From IMG/VR virus record IMGVR_UViG_3300037264_002906, positions 1-54,158 of that record: DNA of 54,158 bases. The stretch is one strand, 5' to 3'. A program made the position numbers and the translations under genes. The DNA is from a virus. Taxonomy: Duplodnaviria; Caudoviricetes. Below, one piece after another: positions 26,281-37,116 of this stretch (within the stretch, counting starts at the first letter, position 1; every line of letters begins with the position of its first letter). A model generated the notes under the pieces. It saw only the letters and a program-made list of their open reading frames with translations. It was not told the origin of the DNA and ran no database searches.

Positions 26281-27825
26281 CTATCCCACTTCATATGCAA
26301 TATAAGCATTGACACTATTTCCGTACAATAAATGCGATTGGCCTGCCACTCCAGCAGTAGAAACAGCTTGGATTCTACTACCACGAGGATTCAAAGATGC
26401 GTAACTCATAGCAGTCGTCGCTATCTGACTCCCCGCAGAGTCATCAACTGTAAAAGCTGTTTGACTACTAAATGTGATAGTAGGAATTGCCGCCATAGTA
26501 ACTGGCAACATTGCCGGCCCATTTGCTTCTCCCGTCTTGCCTTTCAGGGGGAGAAACACATACTGGGTTGAAAAGTCTTTTCCGAGCGTTTGATAATACC
26601 TCTGACACCTCATCAACTCAATCGCTGGGTCTTCTGATATATAGGGCATCACAACACTCCCAACGACGAGTGATGCATTCATAATGTAAATGTTCGGGGT
26701 ATCGCTCAGATTGGTAACTTCAACACGAATCACTGAAGATGCTGGGTTAATGGCAACGGGAGTAGTCACAGACAATAATTCCCAACCAGTTCCAACATTC
26801 CCTGAACTGGTTCCAAGAAAAGCCCCGGTACCTGTCGTGGAAATTCTGAGTGCCGCAACATAGGTGGCGTTACATTTCACCCAAACAGAGAACGTAAGAT
26901 ATTTTCCACCGAATCGTTGTGGATTAGTGACTGTCTGACGAAGAACTTTCGTATAACCACCACCGAAACTTCCCGACAATGACCAATTCATACAATACGT
27001 CCCATCGGGGGCTCCCTGAGCTGGAGCACTAGCCCGTGTAGCTGAAATCGTAGCCCCTCCACCTATAATAGCCAACTCCCAACCATCAGCGCACTTTACG
27101 TTTGAACTTGAACAAGAAAAAGATGTCCCTCTTTGCCAGATATTAAACCCACCATTAATCAGTATATTGGAAACATTCTGCTGAAGAGCCGTTACCGCCC
27201 CAGCCATAACTTTCTCAATTTCAGGATTTTCTGGGATATATTCAACCGGCTTAGAACCAACCACTGCAATAACTGAGTCAATATAAAAAGTACAAATTCC
27301 AACATCCGTTGTGGTGTCATTCTGCCCGATATAAACATACAGATATGTTACGTTAGTGGCTATTGTTTTCGTAACTGTAAGCGTCTGCCAAGTGTTATCA
27401 CCTGTATGGTAGGCAGAATAAGACTCACCACTGATGTCGAAAATTCTCATGCGAACTTTTCCAGCAGAATTGCATTTCACCCTCGCACTAAATGACACAG
27501 TTTTCCCCTGGAGGAATTGAGCGTTTGAGGCACCTGTTAAGGCGTCTAAGAACGAATAAAAAAGTGTGGTCTTAGAGCCAACTGGGCTGACCGTCACATC
27601 AAATTTTACGCTGTATTGACCGGTATCTGCTGTGGTACCCCTCGTCAATGAAAACGTGCTATTCAAACACTGAGTCTGCCAACCATCGGCAACAAAAGTT
27701 GTCCCGACAAGTAGATCTCCCTGATTCCATGAAACTCCATTGTTCCATAATTCAAAACCACCATTGGCGAGAAGATTCCCCGTCTTTTGGTCAAATAAAT
27801 TCCCAGCTAAAACTGTCTGTGACAT
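26281..27825 (-). CDS. receptor-binding / tail fibre protein with two CBM-like repeats (copy 2)
   Basis: NLLANGGFELW and NILINGGFNIWQRG repeats; ELMRCQRYY. Confidence 0.8.
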   Translation of the reverse strand: MSQTVLAGNLFDQKTGNLLANGGFELWNNGVSWNQGDLLVGTTFVADGWQTQCLNSTFSLTRGTTADTGQYSVKFDVTVSPVGSKTTLFYSFLDALTGASNAQFLQGKTVSFSARVKCNSAGKVRMRIFDISGESYSAYHTGDNTWQTLTVTKTIATNVTYLYVYIGQNDTTTDVGICTFYIDSVIAVVGSKPVEYIPENPEIEKVMAGAVTALQQNVSNILINGGFNIWQRGTSFSCSSSNVKCADGWELAIIGGGATISATRASAPAQGAPDGTYCMNWSLSGSFGGGYTKVLRQTVTNPQRFGGKYLTFSVWVKCNATYVAALRISTTGTGAFLGTSSGNVGTGWELLSVTTPVAINPASSVIRVEVTNLSDTPNIYIMNASLVVGSVVMPYISEDPAIELMRCQRYYQTLGKDFSTQYVFLPLKGKTGEANGPAMLPVTMAAIPTITFSSQTAFTVDDSAGSQIATTAMSYASLNPRGSRIQAVSTAGVAGQSHLLYGNSVNAYIAYEVG

Positions 27826-27846
27826 ATTTCAGTCCTCCCTATTTTC

Positions 27847-28083
27847 TTATGCCGTTTTTGCTTCTGCCAAACTTTGAGCAAGTTGACTCCCGCCTACAGT
27901 TGGATGAAAAGAAACACATTCACATGCCGGAGTTAATAAAGACCCGCTAACACCGATGGCCGAGTTGTCTATCGTGTATGGGCATTGCGTATTAAGATTA
28001 ACTCCCGTAGCCACGCCGCCATGTTCATCACATGAAAAATCTGCCGTATGAGCTTCTGCATTAATATTTAATGGTCGAATCAT
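27847..28083 (-). CDS. small Cys/His protein, partner of receptor-binding protein copy 1
   Basis: MIRPLNINAEAHTADFSCDEH..LAEAKTA; SD AGGAGG. Confidence 0.8.
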   Translation of the reverse strand: MIRPLNINAEAHTADFSCDEHGGVATGVNLNTQCPYTIDNSAIGVSGSLLTPACECVSFHPTVGGSQLAQSLAEAKTA

Positions 28084-28094
28084 TTTTTCTCCTC

Positions 28095-29630
28095 CTAAAC
28101 TTCCGCAGCCCAAGTTAAGCCCCAGGCCAATAATGGATAAGTTGTTTGGTCCACTGTTCGTCCCAAAACAAATTGCACGTTCTCAGTCGTTGGTGTGTAC
28201 CCCGCTGCCGTCCAATTTGCTGTGTCAGGCGACGCTTCGGTATTTCCCGTGTTTGGTAAATGTCGCATGGCACATACAAACCCCGTAACTGTTATCGTCG
28301 GAACAGCGGATTTACTCTGCTTAAATTGCGACAAGCCTGAATAAACCACACAGGAACTCGTCAATCTTTGAATCGCCGTTACGATGGTCGATATTGAAGC
28401 CTTTTCATAAAATCTTTGGCATCGAGCCAACTCAATCTGATAATCCTCGGGGTAAAACGAAATCGGTGTTGTTCCGTAAGTCAACATCACCGAGTCAATA
28501 TAAATATTCCCCGTCCCATACCCCGACTCTTCGTTAATTCCCACATACACTCGAATAATTGACGCCGACCCCAAGTTTGGAGTTATCGTGCAAGTCAAAG
28601 TTTGCCATGTGTCATCGCCATTATGGTATGCCCCATAAACAGCCGTAACCCCGTCGTGCATTTTTATTCTGACGCGATTGGCAATATTTGTCTTGACCCT
28701 TGCAGTCACCGTCAATGGGCCTCGGCCCTTTCGTCGCAGTCCACCGGTTACCTCCACATCTTGATACAAGCAACATGAGTCAGACCCGCTGCCGGCACTC
28801 GAAATAGCGATTAATGCTCCATACGCTCCATTTCCAAAGTCGTGTACGGACGAAGATGATTGTTGTGAAATAACTGCGGTTGGTGGAGTAACCCCATTCC
28901 GAAGATACACCCATCTATCTGCTGTGTAAGTTAAATTCGCCGGGGATGAAAAACTGGTTCCCCGCTGCCAAATTTCGAACCCACCATTGACCAATATATT
29001 GGGGACATTCAAACCCACGTCGGCTACTAACCCAGTTTTTACCTTATCTAATTCAGGATTTTCGGGGACATAATCAACTGCTTTATCGCTCATTACCACC
29101 ATTGCATTGTCCGCGTAAAAAATTCCCGTCGTTACTGTCGTCAGCTCAAATCCAATAGCAAAATGCAAAACTGACATAGTAGACCCTGGAACTAAACTAA
29201 CCATTAGAGTTTCCCAATTTCCACTACCAGTATGGTAGGCGGAATATGCAGCGGTCACACCATCACTCAGTTCAATGCGAATCCCATTCGCAATAGTCGT
29301 CTTTACCTGGATTGACGCAAAAATCTTTTTTCCAATTAAATCAACCCGAGGCGTAGAGTTAAGAACTTTGGCGTTCGACCCGGCAGGGGTAACGACCTGA
29401 AATTTGAGAGAATATTTACTGCCCAGAGATGCAATCTCAGTAGATTCACGGTTAATGTTAAGTGTGTTCCCCGACGCATTGGTAACCCACCCCTCCGCTA
29501 TCCGTGTACCGGATGTCGTAAGCCCATTAAATGACGTGCCAAAATTCCACTGTTCAAATCCCCCATTAGCAAGTAAATTTAACTGGGGCTTAACGTCAAG
29601 CAAACTGTTATTGACTATTCTCTGTGCCAT
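28095..29630 (-). CDS. receptor-binding / tail fibre protein with two CBM-like repeats (copy 1)
   Basis: NLLANGGFEQW, NILVNGGFEIWQRG, ELARCQRFY. Confidence 0.8.
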   Translation of the reverse strand: MAQRIVNNSLLDVKPQLNLLANGGFEQWNFGTSFNGLTTSGTRIAEGWVTNASGNTLNINRESTEIASLGSKYSLKFQVVTPAGSNAKVLNSTPRVDLIGKKIFASIQVKTTIANGIRIELSDGVTAAYSAYHTGSGNWETLMVSLVPGSTMSVLHFAIGFELTTVTTGIFYADNAMVVMSDKAVDYVPENPELDKVKTGLVADVGLNVPNILVNGGFEIWQRGTSFSSPANLTYTADRWVYLRNGVTPPTAVISQQSSSSVHDFGNGAYGALIAISSAGSGSDSCCLYQDVEVTGGLRRKGRGPLTVTARVKTNIANRVRIKMHDGVTAVYGAYHNGDDTWQTLTCTITPNLGSASIIRVYVGINEESGYGTGNIYIDSVMLTYGTTPISFYPEDYQIELARCQRFYEKASISTIVTAIQRLTSSCVVYSGLSQFKQSKSAVPTITVTGFVCAMRHLPNTGNTEASPDTANWTAAGYTPTTENVQFVLGRTVDQTTYPLLAWGLTWAAEV

Positions 29631-29642
29631 CTTAAATTCCTC

Positions 29643-29972
29643 CTAGATTACTTTCAGGTCTCCCATTTTTTCTATTTCTCGGAGCCATGATAAAAGTTGA
29701 GAATGAAATCCCGCATACATTTTCCCTTCATTCAAATCCATTTTCGCCAGAATTAACTTAAAGTCATCGTTATCAATCTCTAATATTGGTTCGGCTACCC
29801 GCAGCTTTAACAATAATTGCCCCATCACCGCAGACTCTTCATTATTCTTCGGGGATGTTTGATTCAAGATATTCTTTAATAATCCCCGGTACGTCGGGAG
29901 CTTCATCCCTGGAACAATCATTGCCTCGTCTAATATGGCCACCTGCTTGTCAAGTTCTATAAGTTTTTTCAT
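29643..29972 (-). CDS. putative tail fibre chaperone
   Basis: Small helical protein directly after the long fibre gene. Confidence 0.5.
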   Translation of the reverse strand: MKKLIELDKQVAILDEAMIVPGMKLPTYRGLLKNILNQTSPKNNEESAVMGQLLLKLRVAEPILEIDNDDFKLILAKMDLNEGKMYAGFHSQLLSWLREIEKMGDLKVI

Positions 29973-30007
29973 GTCAGTTTCTCCTATGATTTATTTTACT
30001 ATGTCGT

Positions 30008-33000
30008 TTACGATTTTAGTGCTGCCAATTCTGCTTGTAATTTTCTCACCGCGTGACAAAGAATCCCAACCACTGCTGATTCATGAACACCATCTTTCAG
30101 AATATTCCCAGCGTCATCCCATTCAAACGCCTCTTTGGGAAGATTGTCCGCGAGGAATCCATAGAACCGTCGGTCATTGGATTTTCCAGCTCGGTCTTTC
30201 CAGTTAAACACAATCCCTTCTGGTACTTCAATATCATCGGTAATTGTCACAATGTCACTCTTAAAGTCTGAATGAGAAGTTTGAATCACACCGTTACCTG
30301 CCCAAATTGCCGACCAACGATACCCAGTGGCTCCACACGTTTTTGTGTTATCAGCCCAAGGAGAGAAATTTCCGGTTGTAAAATAGAAAGTATCTACTCC
30401 ATTATTACATACTGTTATTTCATTTGCAGAAGAACGCCTAAAGCCTGTGATTGTGTCATTTACAAATGAATATGATGGAACTCCAGCAGTTCCATTCGCT
30501 GTCCTTACCCCGAAGCTCCCTTGAGTAAAGACTGTGTTGCCATTGTTATAGGCAACCAAATCCCCTGTCTTCGTCCAATACCAATAATAATTCGCGTTAC
30601 CAGAGATGTAAAATTCTCCAGTTAATCCTGCGATGTCAATTACGCCTTTCCCGATGGTGTCGCCACCAACGATAATTCCCCAGCTATTGGTCAATAATAA
30701 TCCTGAGGTATAAGACCCCGAATAGCCATTAGCGTACTTGACGAAGTTCACGCTTCCAATAGCGGTTGTAGATTTATTGTTAAGCCCGAAAGAACAAGAG
30801 ACTCCAGTCGGAGTTGTCGTTAAAGAATTATAAACACGGACAGTGCTATCAGAATTTATGTCATTTGCATTGATGCTAATCGGTAATGATGCCCCACCAC
30901 CAAACTGTATTGAACCATTCCATGTTCCCGCAAAAGACGCTCTTAAAGTTCCCGCAATGGAAACATTTAATTGAGTGGCTGAGTAATAAAGACCCGTGGT
31001 TGTCGTCCCAATAGCCAAAGACGGAAGAGAGGCAGACCCACTCCCTAAAACATATTGACTATTCGAATTCAACGGCAACAAATTATTTGCCGTAGGGACT
31101 ACATTTGCAGAAATACCATTCACAGATTGGGCGTTATAAGCAGCTCCACTCATTCTCCAGAAGAATGAAACTTTTTGGCCGGCTACTAATCCTGGCGAGC
31201 GAACAAAGGTTATCCGCGTTGAAGAAGTTTCTTGATAATCATTGCTTGCTCCCTGAGTCATCAACACACCATCAAGATAAACACAGAGATTATCTGTGTT
31301 AGCCACATATGCATTCACCAGATCAAATGCAGTCAATGAGCCTGTGTAATTCCCTGATGGCGTACCAACCACATAATCTTCGCGGTATTCAAAGAATTGA
31401 GTCGCAGGTGCAGCACCAACAATCGCTCTCACCTCAACCACCTGTCCTGCGATTAACGCAGAATTAAATGTGATTTGATTTACAGCGGTCTCTTGATAAT
31501 CATTCGCTCCACCCACAGACATTAAAATCCCATCCACATACACGAACGCGGATTTTCCATCATTTAGATAAGAGAAGTTCAAGTCGAATACCGTGGTCGA
31601 TCCAGAATAGGGAGCAGCAGGAGTTCCAACGACTAATCTATTGTAATAGAAAGTTGCCCCACCACCACCCAGATTTAAGAAGAACCGCGCATCAGTGATA
31701 TCAGCAGTATTAATCACCACCGTCACTGTCTCATTGACAAGAACATGAGCAATAACTTGAGAGGTCGTCGGATAGGTTGGAACAGCAGGGGAAGCAGATT
31801 GAACCCCAGCGATAATTCCCAAAGTTCCAGTGTCATCTATGGTCAGCAAGTCAATTCGCGAATCAGCAGTTACCACAGAAAACGCAGGAGAAGAACCCCC
31901 AGCAAAGAATATGGACCCCTGTCCATTTGATTTAACAATATGACCCGGCTGAACATAGACTGTGTTATTCGGAACAGTCTGAGGTCGCGGTCGAAGTAAA
32001 TCAACCCGAGTTGCAATCTCTTGAAGAGCCAATTCCGCGTTCGCTCCATCGTACCAGTTGCCCGCATCAACAACCGCAATAGAGGCAGCGGTAAGAGAAG
32101 TAGCGCGAACAAAATCCCCAGTACCAACCCCAGTATATTCAGAGAGAGTTAAATGATATCTCTCCGTCGATGAACCACCTTGTAGACCAACCAAGTCATT
32201 ATGGCGCGTAATTAATGGTGTATGGACATGGGAATAATGCGTCGTCCCATTATGAAGCATCGAAATAGTCCGCGCAGGATTAGCCGTCGTTCGGGCATAA
32301 AACCGAATGCAAACTTTATCCGTTGCAGTAATTCCAGTGAAAGCCGGCTGAACAGTGGTCACATTCTCTAATGCAACTGTGAGGTCAGTGATAGGCCCCG
32401 TCGTTGTGCTGAATAAATATCTGTGAAGCGCAAATGCAACACCAGCTTCATTCACATATCCGCCAGGAGTAATAACCGTCACCACACTGGAACTTGTATA
32501 TCCAGAGATTTCAAATGTTGCAGTCGGAGTCTCGATACATCCGCAGAGAGTTAAATCTGCGTTCGCATCTCCAGCCACAAATGGTGTTCCTCCAGTTATC
32601 GTCGCGGTTCGAGAAGTCCCAGAACCCGTAATCGTTAAAGTCCCAGTGCCAACCACGCGTTTCAAAACTTTCGGGATAATCGTATTCGTCCCACCAGCAT
32701 TACTGGTGAATCGGTACAAATCGAATTCCCAGATACCGCCATCAATTTGTGCGCCACCAACCACCCCAGGCGTAATATAAGAATCCATGAGAGCTGTGGC
32801 AGGTCCAGCAAGACTCACAGACGCGGAATCAGTTTGCTCGATAGCAGAGTCAGGGAATGCTGGAAGGCTATGGTTTCCATCCGTTGAAATCGTATCACTC
32901 AAGAAATAAACAACACCACCACTTGCAGCGGTATTAATTATTGGAGCATTTATCCATTTGGTCCCATTCCAAGATAGAACATCATTTAGAGATGGGGCTA

Positions 33001-33883
33001 CAATTTGCGCATCGGTTAATTGGCTGAGAGGCATCGTAATGGCGGTACTGTCCACAGATATCGTCGCTCTTCCACCACCTGCATCCACCACATTTAGCGC
33101 GGTCGTGAAATTTAATTCATTCGGGTCCGTAACCTTAAGAGTCCCATCTTCCAGAATATCTACCCGAAGCGCGGTCTTAAGAGTTCCATCGGCATTGAGA
33201 GAAACAGAGAGGCGGGTATCGAGGGAGATCGTGCTTCCCCGAGCTGCATTCACTTCTTTCACAGTTTCGTCGATAACACTAATCGTCTGAGAAATATCTT
33301 GGCGATTATCTGTCACCATTCCCACGGTAATTTGGGCATTTCCACCCGCGCGAACAATCGTGGCTAATTTGTAATACCAGTCGGTCAAAGTGTCAGTCGG
33401 AATAACCAGTGACCCTTCAGCCACCTCAACCCGGGCCCGAAGTCTTATGCGCTGGGAAGTTTCAACAGCAAGGGTGGGGTCTTTAATCGTCGGATCAAGA
33501 ACGGAATCAATAACCTCTTCAAACACATGAAGATAAGCGGTATCCGTTCTGGAACCACCGGGGGTAGTTAAAGGGGTAGGAGAAGCCCAATCGGTTTGGC
33601 CATTATAGGTTTCGTCAGCTTCTTTCCAAATCACTCGGCCATTGACGAAGATAGTTCCCAATTTGATCGTAAAGTTATTGACAGCACCCGTGCCAACACA
33701 TTGCAATCCAGTATCAGGAGAACCATTGCCGATTGAGTGCAGAACAATCTTCTCAATCTTATCTCGGGTAAGGTCCTGCATCTCATTGAAATCTGCATCC
33801 ACCCAAGGTACTCCTTGTTGTAGGATGACCTTGTCGTACTTTTTGGTCGGGCTAAAGGTGCCTCTTGAAATATTGGGTGCCAT
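30008..33883 (-). CDS. long tail fibre with DUF6519-like N-terminus and S74 intramolecular chaperone
   Basis: LQQGVPWVDADFNE; two VYxDG..DYQET repeats; C-terminal TSHSDFKSDI..YGFLAD..AVRKL. Confidence 0.85.
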   Translation of the reverse strand: MAPNISRGTFSPTKKYDKVILQQGVPWVDADFNEMQDLTRDKIEKIVLHSIGNGSPDTGLQCVGTGAVNNFTIKLGTIFVNGRVIWKEADETYNGQTDWASPTPLTTPGGSRTDTAYLHVFEEVIDSVLDPTIKDPTLAVETSQRIRLRARVEVAEGSLVIPTDTLTDWYYKLATIVRAGGNAQITVGMVTDNRQDISQTISVIDETVKEVNAARGSTISLDTRLSVSLNADGTLKTALRVDILEDGTLKVTDPNELNFTTALNVVDAGGGRATISVDSTAITMPLSQLTDAQIVAPSLNDVLSWNGTKWINAPIINTAASGGVVYFLSDTISTDGNHSLPAFPDSAIEQTDSASVSLAGPATALMDSYITPGVVGGAQIDGGIWEFDLYRFTSNAGGTNTIIPKVLKRVVGTGTLTITGSGTSRTATITGGTPFVAGDANADLTLCGCIETPTATFEISGYTSSSVVTVITPGGYVNEAGVAFALHRYLFSTTTGPITDLTVALENVTTVQPAFTGITATDKVCIRFYARTTANPARTISMLHNGTTHYSHVHTPLITRHNDLVGLQGGSSTERYHLTLSEYTGVGTGDFVRATSLTAASIAVVDAGNWYDGANAELALQEIATRVDLLRPRPQTVPNNTVYVQPGHIVKSNGQGSIFFAGGSSPAFSVVTADSRIDLLTIDDTGTLGIIAGVQSASPAVPTYPTTSQVIAHVLVNETVTVVINTADITDARFFLNLGGGGATFYYNRLVVGTPAAPYSGSTTVFDLNFSYLNDGKSAFVYVDGILMSVGGANDYQETAVNQITFNSALIAGQVVEVRAIVGAAPATQFFEYREDYVVGTPSGNYTGSLTAFDLVNAYVANTDNLCVYLDGVLMTQGASNDYQETSSTRITFVRSPGLVAGQKVSFFWRMSGAAYNAQSVNGISANVVPTANNLLPLNSNSQYVLGSGSASLPSLAIGTTTTGLYYSATQLNVSIAGTLRASFAGTWNGSIQFGGGASLPISINANDINSDSTVRVYNSLTTTPTGVSCSFGLNNKSTTAIGSVNFVKYANGYSGSYTSGLLLTNSWGIIVGGDTIGKGVIDIAGLTGEFYISGNANYYWYWTKTGDLVAYNNGNTVFTQGSFGVRTANGTAGVPSYSFVNDTITGFRRSSANEITVCNNGVDTFYFTTGNFSPWADNTKTCGATGYRWSAIWAGNGVIQTSHSDFKSDIVTITDDIEVPEGIVFNWKDRAGKSNDRRFYGFLADNLPKEAFEWDDAGNILKDGVHESAVVGILCHAVRKLQAELAALKS

Positions 33884-33915
33884 TTTATTCCTCCTGGTAT
33901 TCTACTGCTATTTTT

Positions 33916-34527
33916 TCAATTAACATAAACAAATGTCCAAGTAACTCCCGCTGGAACTTGAGTTTTCAAGGACTCATTCAGCAAATTCTCTTTTGTCGTC
34001 CTATCAGGATCACCATGAGTTTCGCAAAAAATCCTGATGCTCATGTAGTCACCCGTTATGGATATTCCATCCCACGTTTTTGCTTGTAGCGCATAGGCAG
34101 CTATAGGACCAATCAAAGCCACCAATGCTGGATATGTCGCGCTATTAAAAGTCTTCAATCCTGCCACATTCGTCAGCATCATCCCGCTGGTCAAAGAATT
34201 ATGTTCAACCACTGTTACCGGGTCCCATCCCGTCAAGGTACTCACATGCGTTTCAATCGCGTTCTTAGTTCCCTTGACTGTGTAGGTATAAACAGCACCC
34301 TTAATGTAGTTCCGTATCTGCGTCGATTTCAGGACCTCAAAATAATCAGCCCCAACATACTGCGATAAATATGGAAAGAACTTTGCATCACAAGAATCAA
34401 CATCAAATATATTCGTGAAAAATTCCGCATAGGTTTGAATCACATCAAACTCAGACCCAAATATATCCAGAAATCTTTTTAAGACTTTATCTTCAGTATC
34501 AAGCTGACGATAAATCGCTGGTAACAT
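33916..34527 (-). CDS. baseplate wedge / P2 gpI-like tail protein
   Basis: LPAIYRQLD..LKRFLDIFG..FPYL..KGT. Confidence 0.85.
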   Translation of the reverse strand: MLPAIYRQLDTEDKVLKRFLDIFGSEFDVIQTYAEFFTNIFDVDSCDAKFFPYLSQYVGADYFEVLKSTQIRNYIKGAVYTYTVKGTKNAIETHVSTLTGWDPVTVVEHNSLTSGMMLTNVAGLKTFNSATYPALVALIGPIAAYALQAKTWDGISITGDYMSIRIFCETHGDPDRTTKENLLNESLKTQVPAGVTWTFVYVN

Positions 34528-35018
34528 TATGACACCATCACAGGTACGTCATTTTGGTCTGCGGGTTCTCCATACATCAAAGCCCCAATCCCATAGCGTT
34601 TAATTGCAATCGCAGATATTTGACTATTAGCCCCATTCCAACCCCACAAATTGTCTAATTTTGTGGGCCCATAAACCAGCCAATTAATACTATTCGTGCG
34701 TTTGTTAATCACGTTCGTATAAAGTTGAAATGCAGGATTATAGGGAGCCAATTGAGTTCCGCTAAGTCCCAGTATCGTGTAATAATATGGGGTCAATCCA
34801 GTCACATCTGTGTCAATAAATATCTCGTCTGTTCCTGAATAAATCTTCGTCGCTGTAGAATCGAGTGGGTCTCTTATGTACCCTAACTTAGATTTATAAA
34901 TTTCTGTGTGATCCCAAAAAGGATGATTCGGATTCACCCAGGTCAGTCGAATCCCGCTTGCATCAGCTAATGCCCATGCTCTCGGTTCTGTGACTGCAAT
35001 ATAAGTAACTAAAGGCAT
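34527..35018 (-). CDS. FN3-like baseplate-associated protein
   Basis: IRLTWVNP..FIDTDV..YYYTI. Confidence 0.65.
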   Translation of the reverse strand: MPLVTYIAVTEPRAWALADASGIRLTWVNPNHPFWDHTEIYKSKLGYIRDPLDSTATKIYSGTDEIFIDTDVTGLTPYYYTILGLSGTQLAPYNPAFQLYTNVINKRTNSINWLVYGPTKLDNLWGWNGANSQISAIAIKRYGIGALMYGEPADQNDVPVMVS

Positions 35019-36724
35019 TAAGCACCACCAACAATCGTTAAGGTAACTGTCCCCAGCAATAATACCTGCGTGTCATTCGTCGGAACATTTTCCAAATTCG
35101 TCAGAGTCGTAATTGTAAAGCTATCCAAAGCAACCATCGGAACAACTCCTGCGGTAATTTGAAAGTGAAGGCTATTCGCGTCATTATTATAAACCGTCCC
35201 CAATGTTCCAGTCGTAGTTTGTAATCCAGACACAGAACCAGTCACCGTAAAAGTCGTTGGACTATCAAACAGTATTGTCCACACCTCTGCGGTAATATTG
35301 GAAGACGTTGTGATGGACCCAAAAGTGGCATCTCCAGTAGCGCGAATAATTTGCAAGTCAGGCTGCATCGTCATCTGTGTAATTGCCAAATAATCCACAC
35401 CCTCCGTCGCTTCCAAAAGTGCATAGATATCACTGATGTAAGCTGCTTTCCCGAATTCAAATTGACCGGGGGCAAAATAATTAATCAAGGCAAGATTGGA
35501 GTTTGATTCTGCAGATACTTGCGAATACCCAGCCAAGACATTAATTGTCGCGGAAATATTCACATAAATATAATTTGCGGAATGCATTACGATTTGAGTG
35601 CAGACAGGTCGGTATAAATCAATGTAATCATTAATCGCGGTCAAGAGAGCAGGAGACGCTGGACCAGCTCCAGTCGGCTCAATAAAAATATCTATCGTGC
35701 ATAAATTCAAAGGCGTCACAGTGGCTATAGCCCCAGCTTTTGCAACCCCAGGATATCCTCCCGCGATTGATTTGTAGTCATCCAACGTGACTACTCTGTT
35801 GTTTCTTTTCAGAGATGCTGGTGCGAATACTCTTGCATGGTCCAATGATTCTTTGTCATCCCCTCCACTCGTTACAGCCAAGTTCGTCACAGAGGAAATA
35901 AACACTGGACCGGAAATAACTTTCGTTATCGTCCCAACACCAACATTTCCCCGCAATCCCCCACCCACGCGATACGTTGCCCGAATTGCAGCTCCATTCG
36001 TTGGAATGGCCCCATTGTACCCGTCCCCAAATTGAATATAGGTCACATCATTCTCATCCGTCTGGAAATACCAAACCTTGGCTGATGCGGAAGATTCAAT
36101 AATGTTCTCTACCCAGTTCCATGTTTCATAACCCAACCCTTGATCCACCTCAACAATTATTGCAGTCATAGTCGCAATCGTTGGAGTAATGGCCGGAGTT
36201 CGCGGGAGGGCAAAAGACTGATTCGCAGAAGCATCAGAATTCCCCAAATCATCTGTGTAAGTTCTTCCCTCTACAATGTTCGCTATCCCAGTCGTTCCGC
36301 CGGCTAAAATAGTCACATCAGCCAAAGTCTCAAAAAAGAGGGGGTCTTCAGTCGTTGATCCAGATGTCCCAACCACTGACCCAGCAGGAATTGTTTGATC
36401 GGACACAGACACCGGAACTGTAAAGGTCACTTGTCCTGTGGCTGCAACAGGACCAGCCAATGTGTAGTCGATTAATTTACAAAGAGAAATAACATTTTTG
36501 CGGAGTTGAGCAGTCGCAAGAAAAGCTTCATTGGCTTGTTTATCTTGATAATAGGCGAGAGAGTCGGCAACATGGGCAAAGAGTTCAATTAAAATCACAC
36601 CAAAATCTGATTCCGTCACATTCGTCCATTCTGGCACCTTCGTTGTGACCAAAGAAATCATGTCGCTCTTAAAGGCATTATAATCGCGTGATGTGTAATC
36701 TATCGTCGGTAAAGTAATTCCCAT
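35018..36724 (-). CDS. baseplate J-like wedge protein
   Basis: IDYTSRDY, SDFGVILIELFA, FGDGYNGAIP, RVVTLDDY. Confidence 0.93.
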   Translation of the reverse strand: MGITLPTIDYTSRDYNAFKSDMISLVTTKVPEWTNVTESDFGVILIELFAHVADSLAYYQDKQANEAFLATAQLRKNVISLCKLIDYTLAGPVAATGQVTFTVPVSVSDQTIPAGSVVGTSGSTTEDPLFFETLADVTILAGGTTGIANIVEGRTYTDDLGNSDASANQSFALPRTPAITPTIATMTAIIVEVDQGLGYETWNWVENIIESSASAKVWYFQTDENDVTYIQFGDGYNGAIPTNGAAIRATYRVGGGLRGNVGVGTITKVISGPVFISSVTNLAVTSGGDDKESLDHARVFAPASLKRNNRVVTLDDYKSIAGGYPGVAKAGAIATVTPLNLCTIDIFIEPTGAGPASPALLTAINDYIDLYRPVCTQIVMHSANYIYVNISATINVLAGYSQVSAESNSNLALINYFAPGQFEFGKAAYISDIYALLEATEGVDYLAITQMTMQPDLQIIRATGDATFGSITTSSNITAEVWTILFDSPTTFTVTGSVSGLQTTTGTLGTVYNNDANSLHFQITAGVVPMVALDSFTITTLTNLENVPTNDTQVLLLGTVTLTIVGGA

Positions 36725-36735
36725 AATTTGCGCTC

Positions 36736-37116
36736 CTAAATAGGTATTGAAACCGTGTCTTGCGTTCCAGACCGAATCACTTGAAATTTAATTTGCAAAA
36801 GAACAGCTCCGTCATCTGGGTTTGTAAAAAATTCAATTCCAATAATTGAAATCCTTGGTTCCCACGAAGATAAAGCTCTCATAACCGCATACTGAAGACC
36901 CTGTTGAAGCACATCATCCATCGGGTCAAAAACATATGTCACCAAATCTGTGCCGAAAGTTTTCTCAACTGTACGCTCTCCAAATCGAGTCGCAATAATC
37001 TGAATAATCGACTGCTTGATGAGAGTAATATCACCCTCATCATTCCACTTGGCTACTTGAATTCCACCCGTGGATGGGGAAATTCTAAACGGAAATGAAA
37101 TTCCAATCGCTTCCAT
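36736..37116 (-). CDS. gp25/GPW baseplate protein
   Basis: GISFPFR, TRFGER..FGT, WEPRI. Confidence 0.92.
   Translation of the reverse strand: MEAIGISFPFRISPSTGGIQVAKWNDEGDITLIKQSIIQIIATRFGERTVEKTFGTDLVTYVFDPMDDVLQQGLQYAVMRALSSWEPRISIIGIEFFTNPDDGAVLLQIKFQVIRSGTQDTVSIPI

Noticed and set aside
26281-29630. Diversity-generating retroelement or invertible fibre switch
   Set aside because: No reverse transcriptase, adenine-specific repeat pair or invertase in the window, and the copies are in direct orientation
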